From positions 62,001 to 97,613 of the forward strand of contig JAVECL010000021.1 of the NCBI GenBank assembly GCA_051942245.1: a DNA stretch of 35,613 nt, written 5' to 3'. Positions 12,969 to 24,028 of the stretch are shown here, piece after piece (positions within the stretch are counted from its first letter, which is position 1; every line of letters starts with the position of its first letter). The notes beneath the pieces are model-generated. The model made no database searches. It was not told the origin of the DNA and saw nothing but the letters and a program-made list of their open reading frames with translations. Source of the DNA: Trypethelium eluteriae (Eukaryota). The position numbers and the translations under genes were made by a program.

Positions 12969-15190
12969 GTGAGATAGGACAATTTTCTCGTGCTAAACTG
13001 TGAGTTCGCTTGGTCTTTTTAAGAATACCTGCGGCGGCAAGTGAATGTTTTCTTCGATGATTGGTGGTGCTGGGATCCGAAGTGAAGCAATAATCTCAAT
13101 ACAAGGGGTTTGGTGGATGCGGAAGTCACGGAAGCAGCCGTGGGTGGGAAAGTTAGTTGCCTCACCGTCCGTAGCACCTCAAGCAGTTGGACGCCATCGA
13201 GGGTCCCCTGCCTAACAGTCACGGATGCAGTGACGGCCGAGCAAACTTCAATTTCGCTTGCCCAGGGTCGACAGCCAACCGGTACCCAAAGGTTTTCTCA
13301 GAAAGGCGTTCGGGCCTGGTGGATAGGTCTCTTGTGAGGAAGGAATGCGACTGTCGAGAGCAGTTGTGTTGCCACTCATTGCAGAAGCGCTGGAAAGCTC
13401 AGACATTAATACGGCTTGGTGAGCTTGCACACCTTGGATAGGCGTGTCGATCAATATTGGAGGCATGGGATTTGGGTGTATCTCGAGTCGCTACATGGGA
13501 AATTCACCACCGTTCACCTTACAAGCGAGCTTTGCCATCGGACGATCATCCTACGGTGGCGATAAGGACCGTCATCCCGATGGCTAAATGCAAAGTTGCG
13601 TCCAAACGTCTATTGATAGGGCGGCGTGGCTGCCTTAGTGCAGATCCCTCTGCGACTTTGCCAGCCCCTTGTTCTTTGCAGGCGACGTTCGAAGGGTTCG
13701 CGAATGGCAGGGGAGCAAAAACGGGGTCCGCTGTTCCACAACGGCAAAATGGTATCGGTATCGGTATTTGATCGAGCTCTTGAAAATGGGATAGAGGGAG
13801 GCAAATGTCCGGCGAGATAGTACCGTATGGGACTACACTGCCCTAATTACGGAGAGAAAGGTCAATCAATTAATCACACGATTACAGGGTATGCCACCGA
13901 TTTGCGTCCAAGTCGAATGCATTGTCGAAACCCAGATAGTGAGGGCATAAACCAGTTCTACTTTAGGCGAGGTCAATGTCGAAGAGAAAGCGCGCTCTGA
14001 CTGCAGAGGTTGAGAAGGGAAGAGATCATTGATACTCAATTAGGTGGGTTTGCAATAATAGTGGAGATCTTCTGAACTGTAGCCAGAGCCTAAGACGCTA
14101 GAACAATCTGACACGCATACTCCACGGGATATGCAGTTTCGCATATTTGCCGCCGCCAATTCTTGATAAGCTCTCCCTATTCTTGCAGCACAGGGCTGAT
14201 CGGCGCTCCTTAGATTTGATGAGAGCATGTCAGAAAGGATTCAAATAATTTCCAGTTTCGGCGGCGGGAGCAAGAAATAGCTGTGCCGCCGACGCTGGGC
14301 CCAGCTAGAGCGGTTCGTTTCAGGGGCTTGCGCCAACGGCGACCCCTGCGGCTCGATGAGCTGACCTTCGCCGGTGCGATGTTGTTCTCTTTGCCTCTGC
14401 GCTATCCAAGACGGACACTTTACCAGGCAATAATTGGCAGTGCAGGTTGGTGCACAACTGCGCCGTGGCTGGGGCCGAAGGAGCGTTTCGAATTATCTAC
14501 CGAGATGGCAGTCTGCCGGATTTCAGGGTCGCGTTTAATTTTGGGATACTGAGCTGCTGGATGAAGACGTAGTTACAATGACCAGTAGATGTGGGGAGTA
14601 CGGGGAGTACGGAGTAGTGAGTATGTTTTGTGGTTCCATTATCTGACGAAGTCGCACAAAGGACGAATGATCGGGCTTTACTACGGCACCCTGCAGGTGC
14701 TCAACTGTGGGTGTATGCGTGCCGGCAGATAGCGCAAAAGAAGCTAAACTAGCCTGGCGGTGGAGGGTGGAGGCCGTGACTGGGATGAGGCCGCGCGGAG
14801 CTTCAAGAGTTACACTTATCGGTCTTGGTGGTCTGATACATGAGCGGGCGCCTCGCAGCAGAGATAGATACCTATGGTAGGCTTGGTAGCCAAGAAGATA
14901 GAAGAGGGCACGTAGCGAGCAGGCGGGCAGCGGGCTGAAGGCAGGAGGAGAACGGAGTACTCCGTGACCACTGGCATGCCTCAACGAACAGTGTTAGCCG
15001 GGAAAGATTGCTTGTGTAAACGGTGTTTGGGGATGACATATGAGATTGAATCAGAAGTGCGCAGTAGCCCCGAAGCTCGCCACCGCTTGCTTGCCCGGCT
15101 GCGTGCCCGGTTGCATGTACTCGCTACAGATACTTTAACTCTCCACGCTGCGCTCCACACGGTCTCACTTACAGATGTTGACCGGTGCTC

Positions 15191-15215
15191 GAGACTGAGA
15201 CTGAGATTGAGACTG
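15191..15215 (+). repeat. Hexamer microsatellite (GAGACT)n, ~4 copies
   Basis: gagactgagactgagattgagactg. Confidence 0.8.
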
Positions 15216-15732
15216 CTCGTCCGGAAGGTGATAGTGCTCTAGCAGTCCTCATCACAGACCACGGCGTCTATCGACACGCTTTCGCTCGCTTCCAGACCGC
15301 GTGTCGTGGCGGGTCCGAGTTGGGCAGTGTCCAGCGCGTGTCGTGGCCGGGAGCAGCTGCCCACGACTCTTTGGGTTGGCGTGTTTCCGACCGTTGAGGA
15401 AAGCTGCTCTCCACCCTCGTCACCTACCATTTACCTCCACCCGTCGACAAACTCTCTCTGTCTACCGCCCTTTTGCGCTCCGGCTTTCTCCCCTTCCTAC
15501 CCTTTCGACGAGACGGCGATACTGATTGCTCGGTCACGCTCGTTTTGCCCCGGGTCAATCAGTTCATCCCATCCGCGCTGGGCCGCCGCATCTCCGTTCT
15601 TTCAGGGATAACGCAATCCAACATCCCTACGAGAGCTCTGCAACTCCTTCTGCCATCCCAATCGCCATCTTCTTCCATCGTCTTTGATACAAGACGTCTG
15701 AATAGGCAGTTGGGTCGCATCTCGAGGCAACC

Positions 15733-18379
15733 ATGGCACCGGCCACTCCTCGGTTACGGATACTTTCTGGTAGGTGAACGGCCTTTCCGTGGAATTCGGA
15801 CACCTTGTTGGCCTCGCTGCACTTCATACTATGTGCACCCGACTCATGCGAGACTTCAACTCTGCTGAGGCGGTATTCTCGCTTTCTTGCCTTTCGAATG
15901 CATCATACAAGATTGAACCGAGGGACGCTGACAAACCGTGTCTTTATAGTGGGCGGCAATGCAGTATCGGCCTTCTTGTCCTGGCGCCTTCAGGCTACCA
16001 ATGCCTGCGACGTAACACTTGTGTGGAAGTCCGGCTTTGACTCGGTGGCACAGTATGGCATATCCTTCAAGTAGGTCATAATCACGCTCTTTGCTCGATT
16101 TTTGCTAAATTCGATTTTTCATAGGTCAAAAGTATTTGGTAACGAACGGTTCAAGCCGAGACAAGGTATGTTCAAGCATAACAAGTCTACTATCCTTTGC
16201 ATATCCCTGACCGAGCCTAGTGGTTCGTACTCCCGAAGAAGCCGCTAGCACGTCCAAAAGTCCCTATGACTATGTTCTCCTTTGCGTCAAAGCCCTCCCG
16301 GATGTCTACGACCTCGCTTCTGTCGTCGAGTCTGTAGTCTCCCCGCAACATACCTGCATCCTTATCAATACTACAAACTGCATCGGCGTCGAGTCGTATC
16401 TCGAATCACGATTCCCAACCAATGTCGTTTTGTCGCTGGTTTCGGGAGCAGAAATCCTGCAGTTGGGGGCAAGTGAATTTGAACATCGGGGCGCATCTGA
16501 CATATGGGTCGGACCTGCCAATAAGAACCCGGCAATTCCGGCTTCGATACAATCAGACATGGCTGAGGCATTGGCTATGACACTTAGCTCGGGACAAGTC
16601 GATTGCACCGTCTCTCGAAACATTCGGCAGCAGCAGTATGAACGGATGATTGGGTAAGTTTTTCTCGATATCAACTCCAATCTTTGCTCTCGCTCTAATT
16701 AAAAGTGTAGCCCGATTTCATTCCATCCAGCAAGTGTGCTTTTCGAAACTCCGAGTCACGCTGAATTATTGGAGAAAGTCGGTGTACGATCACTGATAGC
16801 CGCATTGATTGATGAGCTACTTGCCTTAGCTACGGCACAAGGTTGCACATTCCCAGCCGACTTCAAAGAGCGAACAATGGAAACCATGATTGCCCCTACA
16901 GAAACGAACAGCATCATGTACCAAGACTTCACTGCCAAACGGCCAATGGAGGTGGAAACCTACTTAGGCTCCCCCATGAAACTGGCACAGGAAGCTGGGA
17001 TCGCTGCACCTCGAATAGAAACTATGTACGCCATGCTCCATCATCAGAATATCCTGAATCAGACTCGACCACCGCCCTCCGCAGCCTCACCTCCGCAACC
17101 GCAGCAAGGTCCACCTTCTGCTCGACCATTTCCATCACAACCAAGAGGCCCGATGATGAACGGCGGGCCAAACGGCTTTCCACCAAAGAACGGTATGCCC
17201 ATGCCTCCACGTGGGAGCCGGGCGCCGTCTATGAGCGGAGCGCCTCCTCCGAACATGAGGCGACCACCAATCCCCAATGGCTATCCTCCGCGCATGCCGA
17301 GTGCTGATGGGTATGGACGTGGCCCGGCACCACTACCTCGACGGCCCTCTTTTGAACAAAATGATCTTGAGGAGTTCAGCCATCTAATGCTTTACGACAC
17401 TGTGCCTGAAGGTGGTGACCTTACCGATGGTGCCAGTGTTTATGGCGGAGGTGCAGGAGGTGGGGATTTGGGCATGCGGGAACGAGAACTTGCTTTGAGG
17501 CAGAAGGAATTGGCTTTACGAGAACGAGAACTTCATATGAGACGTGGTCACCGTCCCAGGATGCCAGATTTTGATGAGGATGACGGAGAAGACTTCTTCG
17601 ATCCGATGTCCAATGGCCCACCCATGCCACAGATCGATCCTGATAACTTTGACATGATGAGCGTCACGTCACGTCGCAATCGAAAAGCTCCCAGCGCTAG
17701 TCAGCTCCGCCAAAATCCCGAGATGGGAGGAAACCCGCCTCCCCCAAGGTCTCGACAAGGCAACAACTTTAGCAGACCTGGTGCAAACAGGAACAGGACT
17801 AGCGCAAGATTGATCAATGATGTTCCAGGAATGCATGATTCAATCATGGCTAACCCACTCATGGGATACTCATCTGACAGATACGGCGGCGTGGACCGAT
17901 CAGCCATCGAATCGAGAACGAATTCCCTCACCACCGCGCGATTGGATGAGCTGCAGCAGGGCCCTGGGTACGGCAATGGAGGAGGGGCATATCCTCCGAT
18001 GAACCGACGGACGAGTGCGTCCCCTGGTAACCCACTTAGCCCTCGAGCCGGTGGGGGCCAGAGAATCTCGCCAAACGGCTATCCGAACGGACAAATGAAT
18101 GGCAGACCGTCACCGCCGGCAATGCGTCAACCGGTTCCGAGACATCCACCTGGGCATGGCAATGCGGTGGCACCGCAGCAAGTTGAGCAACACGCTGGGG
18201 TGAGCAATCTATACCCACCTAAAAGCGGTCCTCAAGTGCGCAGTCTGACTGGAAGTGCGAGTGCTAGCGCGGGGAGTGGTGAGAGCGGTGGCGGTAGCGG
18301 CCATATCGAATCCTCGGGCCCGTCCGCTCACAGCAGCGCGAGCAGTCTCCCACCCCGACCCCCAATCGGCGTTCGATAA
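15733..18379 (+). CDS. SVL3: Ketopantoate reductase (PanE/ApbA)-fold protein, Svl3/Pam1-like, with long Pro/Gly-rich disordered C-terminus (766 aa)
   Basis: Exons 15733-15769, 15950-16070, 16125-16165, 16221-16653, 16711-18379, all GT-AG and frame-consistent. Motifs: MAPATPRLRILSVGGNAVSAFLSWRLQATNACDVTLVWKS (degenerate Rossmann start), PYDYVLLCVKALPDVYDLA, and SIMYQDFTAKRPMEVETYLG (ApbA C-terminal domain). The gene symbol is by family resemblance (SVL3/PAM1). Confidence 0.9.
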
Positions 18380-20053
18380 ACATCAGCGCAGCGGAAACGG
18401 CGTCCCCTTGTTCGGACCTTGAAGCATCAGTCCTTCGGCGTTATCAGGAGCAAATGAGCAAATAATATTCCCCTGATAGTATAATTGGGAATATCCTTTG
18501 GTCGTGAGTCCTTCGAGCCACACAAACTGAATTGGGACACCCCTTCATAAAATCAGCATCATCGAACCCGGCCATTAGCTGCTATCGCGGCTCCAGAATT
18601 TAATGACATTGCTTTCTTGACCTTACGAACTATTCCTCTCTCACCGTCCAAATATTGGATTCTCCGGGAGCAAAACATTGCGTTCGACTACGACATGGAC
18701 CCCTCCCTGGTCCCTCTTGTCCATAATTAATATGGCTATGGCTCACCGTTTGATCTTCACTCCAGCAATACACGTGCGTAAGCAAAATAGGGGGGTTTTT
18801 TATCGAGGAGACATAATACAGGCCGAGGCTTCTCTCGCCGCTTAATGAAACTTGGAAGGAAATAACTTTAGTGACAGATAGAATTTTTTTGGTCGGGGGA
18901 AACATTTGTTCAGCACATGCAGAAAGTTAAAACTTTTATCTTCTTACGTACATATATGGCAGCGTTCGCAGCACGTCGCGCCTTTCTTTTTTCTTCTTCT
19001 GCTCCTCTCCTTTCGTGTCGTCGATTGAGGAGAGTGTAACCCTCTTAATTCAGCATCAATGGCGTGCGTGGCATTTGGAATTCCTTTATGGTTTATTTCT
19101 CGCCTTCAAACCGATTCTCTCCCTTCTTCTATTGCGAGTTCGAAATCACCTCCCTTATGTCACAGCGCTCCCTTTGAGAACTGATTTGTGCACCTTGCTT
19201 GCCTTTTTTGTCTTGTCTTGGGCCTATTCCACATACCATACAGCTACGCGTGTTGTTTGCATTGCAATGAGAAGCATAATTGAAGCACACTTGGACCGTG
19301 GGATGGAAGAGGAAAGAAATCAATGAGGAAGCAAAGGGTGATGTGAGATGAGTTTGGGACGCAGTTTTGTGTGTGTTGATGTTACGTGCAAGGTGTATAC
19401 ACATCAGATACCTGAGTTGTGGGTGAGCAGTGGAAACGGAGGGTATGGCGGGGGATGCATCTGTGTGGTGTATCACGGAAAAGATCTAGCCTTTAGCAAT
19501 GCATACTCAGGTTTGGGGTTCCTATTCAGACGCTCTTATGTTCTGTCCCTGTCCCTTGGTGATGTTTATGCTTGTAGAACTTTGGCACTGACTTGACTGG
19601 GCGATGCGCTGCTGAACCCGAAGCCGAACAGATGGTGTGCCGTGAAACGTACACCCTTACCAAGCAATTCGAGCAGGATTGTTTACCGGGATGAGGTGTG
19701 TAAGACGTGCTAGATCTATGTGTAAGCTTAATAGCAGTACCCAGTATGTTGGTATCGTTGGCGCGTACCCAAGATTCGTCTCGTCTTGCCTGAACGTGGG
19801 GCACTCCGGGGCTCCGGCAGCTTGACGTCGATGCCGTTACTGGAATACGATAATTTCACTACGATCCAATGCAGGTCATTGGGGGCGTCGATTAACTTTT
19901 GTTCTTTCTAGCTTTCGTTCCCCTTCTACCTGTTTGCTCTTCTCTCTCTTTTTATCCTGACAGTACCGCAATCGGTCTCGATACTCCTGAATTCAGTTTC
20001 ATCTCTTCACCTGAATCCGTATCGCCGTCCCTAGCATCCACTATAGTGTACTC

Positions 20054-21273
20054 ATGTCAACGCCACGAGTGTTTATAATCCGTCATGGCGAAACCGAATG
20101 GTCGCTGAACGGTGTGTCCTCCCCTCCCTTTCCGCTCACGTAGTCTTCAAACTCATGCAGCCCTCCAAAGGTCGCCACACAGGCACGACCGAACTCCCCC
20201 TTACCGCCAACGGCGAGAGACGGATGCGAGCGACAGGCAAAGCGCTCGTCGGCGACGACAGACTTATTGTACCCCGGAACCTAACGTATGCGCTCCTACC
20301 TCTCTCCATTCCAACCGTTCCTCCCAAGTCCTGACCGCTGCTCTCGCCTACCCCGTAGACACATCTATGTCTCTCCACGCCACCGCGCTCAACGTACATT
20401 CGAGCTTCTCGGAGTCGTGCCTCGCTGCGCTCTACCTTGGACGCGGCACGGCGTGGCTGACGGTCCACCGAACTGTGCCGTTGACGCGAACATTGAGGTC
20501 ACGGATGCGATCCGGGAGTGGGATTATGGGGATTATGAGGGTTTGACGAGCCATTATATCAGGGAACAAAGAAAGGAAAGAGGGGAGAGAGAGGACTGGG
20601 ATATTTGGCGGGATGGATGTCCGGGAGGAGAGTGAGTCTGCCCTGTGGTACTAGAGATGGGTATTGTAGAGAGCAACAAAAGATCAGAATTGCAGAGATC
20701 GCAAGCTTTGTACAAAGGAAGCTGAAATGGTCTAACAATTAGGTCGCCTGAACAAGTCACGAAACGACTTGACGCACTCATCGCGGACATTCGTGCCCGC
20801 TTTCACGGCCCCGCTCTCAGTAAAGCGAAGACGGCGCCTTCCGGCACAGTGGCAAAGGACGCGGCGCCGAGTGATGTCTTGGTGGTGGCACATGGACATA
20901 TTTTGAGGGCATTTGCGGCGCGCTGGATTGGGAAGAATATTGCAGAAAATCCAAGCCTGATATTGGAGGCTGGAGGTGTGGGGACTTTGAGGTGAGTTTG
21001 TAACTTTTTCAAATTTCCATAGAGTAGGCGCAAGAAGCTCCAGAGGATAGAGAAAGAAACAATCAGAATAACGATATCTTGTTCCAAGGACGGGGGTAGG
21101 CACAATTGAATTGAGGCAGAGAAGAGTTGCGGTATTCATTACAAGGTGCGGCGAGACGCTGACGACTGGATAGTTACGAACATCATAGCATACAAGAACC
21201 AGCAATATTACTTGGGGGGGCATTCATGGTGGATGTCGTTGAACATACGGCCGAAGATACGAAGAAAGTATAA
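20054..21273 (+). CDS. SHB17: Histidine phosphatase / phosphoglycerate mutase family, sedoheptulose-1,7-bisphosphatase-like (264 aa)
   Basis: Exons 20054-20111, 20171-20285, 20359-20631, 20743-20991, 21174-21273. Catalytic RHG motif ([26 protein letters not shown]), plus IYVSPRHRAQRT, IREWDYGDYEGLT, WDIWRDGCPGGES, VLVVAHGHILRAFAARW and LEAGGVGTLSYEHHSIQEPA. Confidence 0.92.
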
Positions 21274-21552
21274 AGCTAGCCTAGAGTTTTGTCTCTTCTA
21301 CATCTAATGAATGACTAACAGTATGAATACATAACAAATGAAAGTATGCACCGAACAAAGCTACTATGTTCTCAATTCGGAGCAAGCCAAGAAGGTTTTC
21401 CTTGAAGTCGTGATATCTCACTCCAATTGAGACGTCCAACCTGGCCTGTCTAATCTATCAGTATCCGCTTTGATTAAGGGGCGACATAAGCCCAGCCAAC
21501 AAGTGTGTCATGATCATAACCACAGTCAACTTCCCCTCACACAACTCTTCCA

Positions 21553-23176
21553 TTAAATTCCCCCATCGTCCAGTGGCGGTCGTGGGAAGTCTTTTCCCAT
21601 CCACGTTGGCTTGATCACCCTCGAACGAGCCATCCCATTCTTCCCCTTCCAATACCCTGGCGGAAACCAATCCGCAGGCGCCTCCCTCTGCTCAAGGTTC
21701 GCCCATGCCTGCCCCAAGCCCCGCTCCTCACAATCCTGCAGGCAGGCCTTGCACCTCCGAAAATGGCGCGCAAGGTTCGGGGCACGGGGAAACTCTTTCA
21801 GCTTCCCAGCTCGAGCGCACCATTCGCACTGGTACCGCACCTCGGAATGCATATCTGTATTATGGCGGTTCAGGTTCGAATTCGAGCAGGTCGAGAAGTC
21901 GCACTTGGGGCAGCGGAAGGGCTTCAGATCCTTGTGGAAGTTATTGATGTGGTCATTCAGGATACTGGGGGCGGCGAAGCGGTTGTTGCAGATCTTGCAG
22001 ACAAAGGGCCGCTTGCCTGAGTGGCCCCAGGTGTGGCGCAGGACGCCGGCGGCATAGCGGTGGCGGTGCTTGCTTTGGAAGCCAGTGCCACAGGATTGCC
22101 AGCGGCAGTAGTGGTGCTTATGGGCGGTGTGGACGTCTCGAAGGTGGGTGTGAAGAGCTTCAGAGTCCGACAGAACTTGGTTGCAAGGCTGGTTGTTGGA
22201 GTCGAGCCAGAGGCAGGTGACAGGTCGCGAGGGCTTGGTTGGGGGCCAGGGGCGGATGCTTGTACCTAGCGCGGTGGCTGGAGGCTGATCATTTGTCGTG
22301 AACACAGTCGGAGTAGTAGACTTAGAAGAGGAAGCCTTCCCTGGGCTTCTTGAGGGTCTTGGGCTGCGGATAATTGTGGCTGGTTCTGGCCGTTTCCTTT
22401 TCCTTGGTCGCGTCTTCGGAGTTGGTGTTGCGACATTCGATTCTGGTGGAGCATTCCAGCTCTCATTTGCGTCTAGGGGTTCGTTGTCGAAAGGATACAA
22501 CATTGACGTCTCTGTTCGATGAGAATTATTGTTGTCCGTGGTGCCAGAGAACGAGCTGAAACCGCCAGAAAGAGTTTGGTCGTGAGAAATGTCAGTGTAA
22601 TGATGTCCTGAAGCAAATTGGTTCTCTGGCGATTCTGCTAATGCAGCTCGAGTGGCCTCTTGGATACACTGTTGGAACCTATCATGGCTAAAGGCCAGGT
22701 CAAAGTCAATTTGAGAGTGGGCGTCTGCAGGCTGAGAAGCCTCCAAAGCGTTCTGTTGACGCTCGCCAGCGTAGGGATCTAGGGGAAAGTCGAGAGGTAT
22801 ATGAGACTGACAATCCGAGCAACCAGGAAAGAAGTTCTGGCATGGCTCAGTGCAAGGCTCGGATGCGAAGTATGACCCAAGATATTGGCAGCGTGAGTCA
22901 GGGCAGTCAAGAATGTATCCGTCAGTCTTGGAGCAATCGTCAGTGCACTCCTCGAGGCATTCTTGGCACTCGTCCGTTGGCACAGCGGAGCACTCTGCGC
23001 AATTCAGTAAGCATTTTGGGTCGACACAGCAATCTTTGCAATGGTCTTGGGCGTCATGGTCTGGATACTGATATAGTTGATGGGATGAAGCACTGCCAAA
23101 GCCTGATTAGTGGAGTGTAGTGGGTGTTGATGAGGAAATGGAACAAAGCACCTAGGCCCTTGAAAGGCAAGCTCAT
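21553..23176 (-). CDS. C2H2 zinc-finger transcription factor (524 aa) with tandem CWCH2-type fingers and a Cys-rich N-terminus
   Basis: Exons 23176-23152 and 23102-21553; 49-nt intron 23151-23103 (GTGCTT..ACTAAT.CAG). Fingers: CLWLDSNNQPC..HLRDVH, CRWQSC..HTWGH, linker SGKRPF, CKIC..HINNFH, CPKC..HNTDMH, and a variant CEWC..HFRRC. Basic NLS-like KTRPRKRKRP. The first exon is my best model and is less certain than the finger region. Confidence 0.88.
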
Positions 23177-24006
23177 CCGACTCGAACAAATGCGAGCCAG
23201 TTTGTGCTGAAAAGATGAAAGGAGGCATAACGAGGTCCTCGGAACCGAACCAAGCCTCGGGGATTCGAACTGCTTAGCCAGACCGCATCAGGGGAAAAGC
23301 AGATTGGCTAGCATGGTCCCCAGAGGTGTTCACGGAAGTTCAAGAAAGTTCGAAAAGGATGACAATACTAGCGGATTGTTCTGTACGGGCAGGAGCATGA
23401 GGAGCATGAGCATGAGGAGGATGCCCCTCAACCGGTGGGGCAGCACGTGGGCTGGAAGATGAGGACCTTGACGGGCAGTGCTACACTTGCCCGTTCCGGT
23501 TAAGTCTGAACTCCCGTGACTCCCCATAGAACGTCATCGCAGCTCCCTTATCGTGTCTCTGTGCTTACCAGGTATGGCGAAACGGGCATATCACAATGGA
23601 GACAAGAACTCCACCACGCCGAAACCTGCGCAGATGAAGCTTGCAGACGACATGCATGATCATATTGTGCAATACCATCCGCGAATCTGATGCCATACCA
23701 ACGTTTGCGGCTTAAAAGATGGGTTCGAGAGGTAGGCTTGCGTGCGAGAAGAAAGCACGCTCGACTCATATGCAGACCTTGAAGGTCCTCAAAAATCCTA
23801 GTCTCTGCTCACAAAGGTACTTGTGTAGGTAGGTAATTGGTCATCTTGGCCATGTGTAGGCCTGTCGAAAGGTCTCCACTTTGCTGTCAAATCTCCTTGT
23901 GTGTGATAGAGTCGTAATGCCATCGAACACAGAGGAATGCCGTGAGGTGCAGCGAACGCTTCCAGTGCTTCAGGCTGGTAGCCTGAAGCACTGACTATCT
24001 TCACTT

Positions 24007-24028
24007 TTCCTGTTTACTTCCTGTTTAC
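24007..24028 (+). promoter_or_regulatory. Tandem 11-bp repeat TTCCTGTTTAC x2 containing two forkhead-consensus sites (TGTTTAC)
   Basis: TGTTTAC at 24011-24017 and 24022-24028, ~55 bp upstream of ATG 24082, in the divergent intergenic region. The regulatory role is inferred. Confidence 0.35.

Noticed and set aside
12891..13000. Box C-like ATGATGA suggesting a C/D snoRNA
   Set aside because: No box D (CTGA) at a suitable distance and no terminal stem.
10700..15100. Telomerase RNA, snRNA or 5S rRNA in the long intergenic region
   Set aside because: By eye I found no TAACCCTAA template, no U1/U2/U5/U6 hallmark sequence and no 5S start. A covariance-model search would be needed to exclude these properly.
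23004..23228. ORF MPPFIFSAQ.. as first exon of the C2H2 gene
   Set aside because: Its phase at the 23151 donor (phase 2) does not match the acceptor at 23103 (phase 1); ATG 23176 does match.
23261..23270. GTTCGAATCC on the minus strand (tRNA T-loop / B-box-like)
   Set aside because: Flanks do not form a T-stem or cloverleaf and no acceptor stem was found; at most an isolated B-box-like word.
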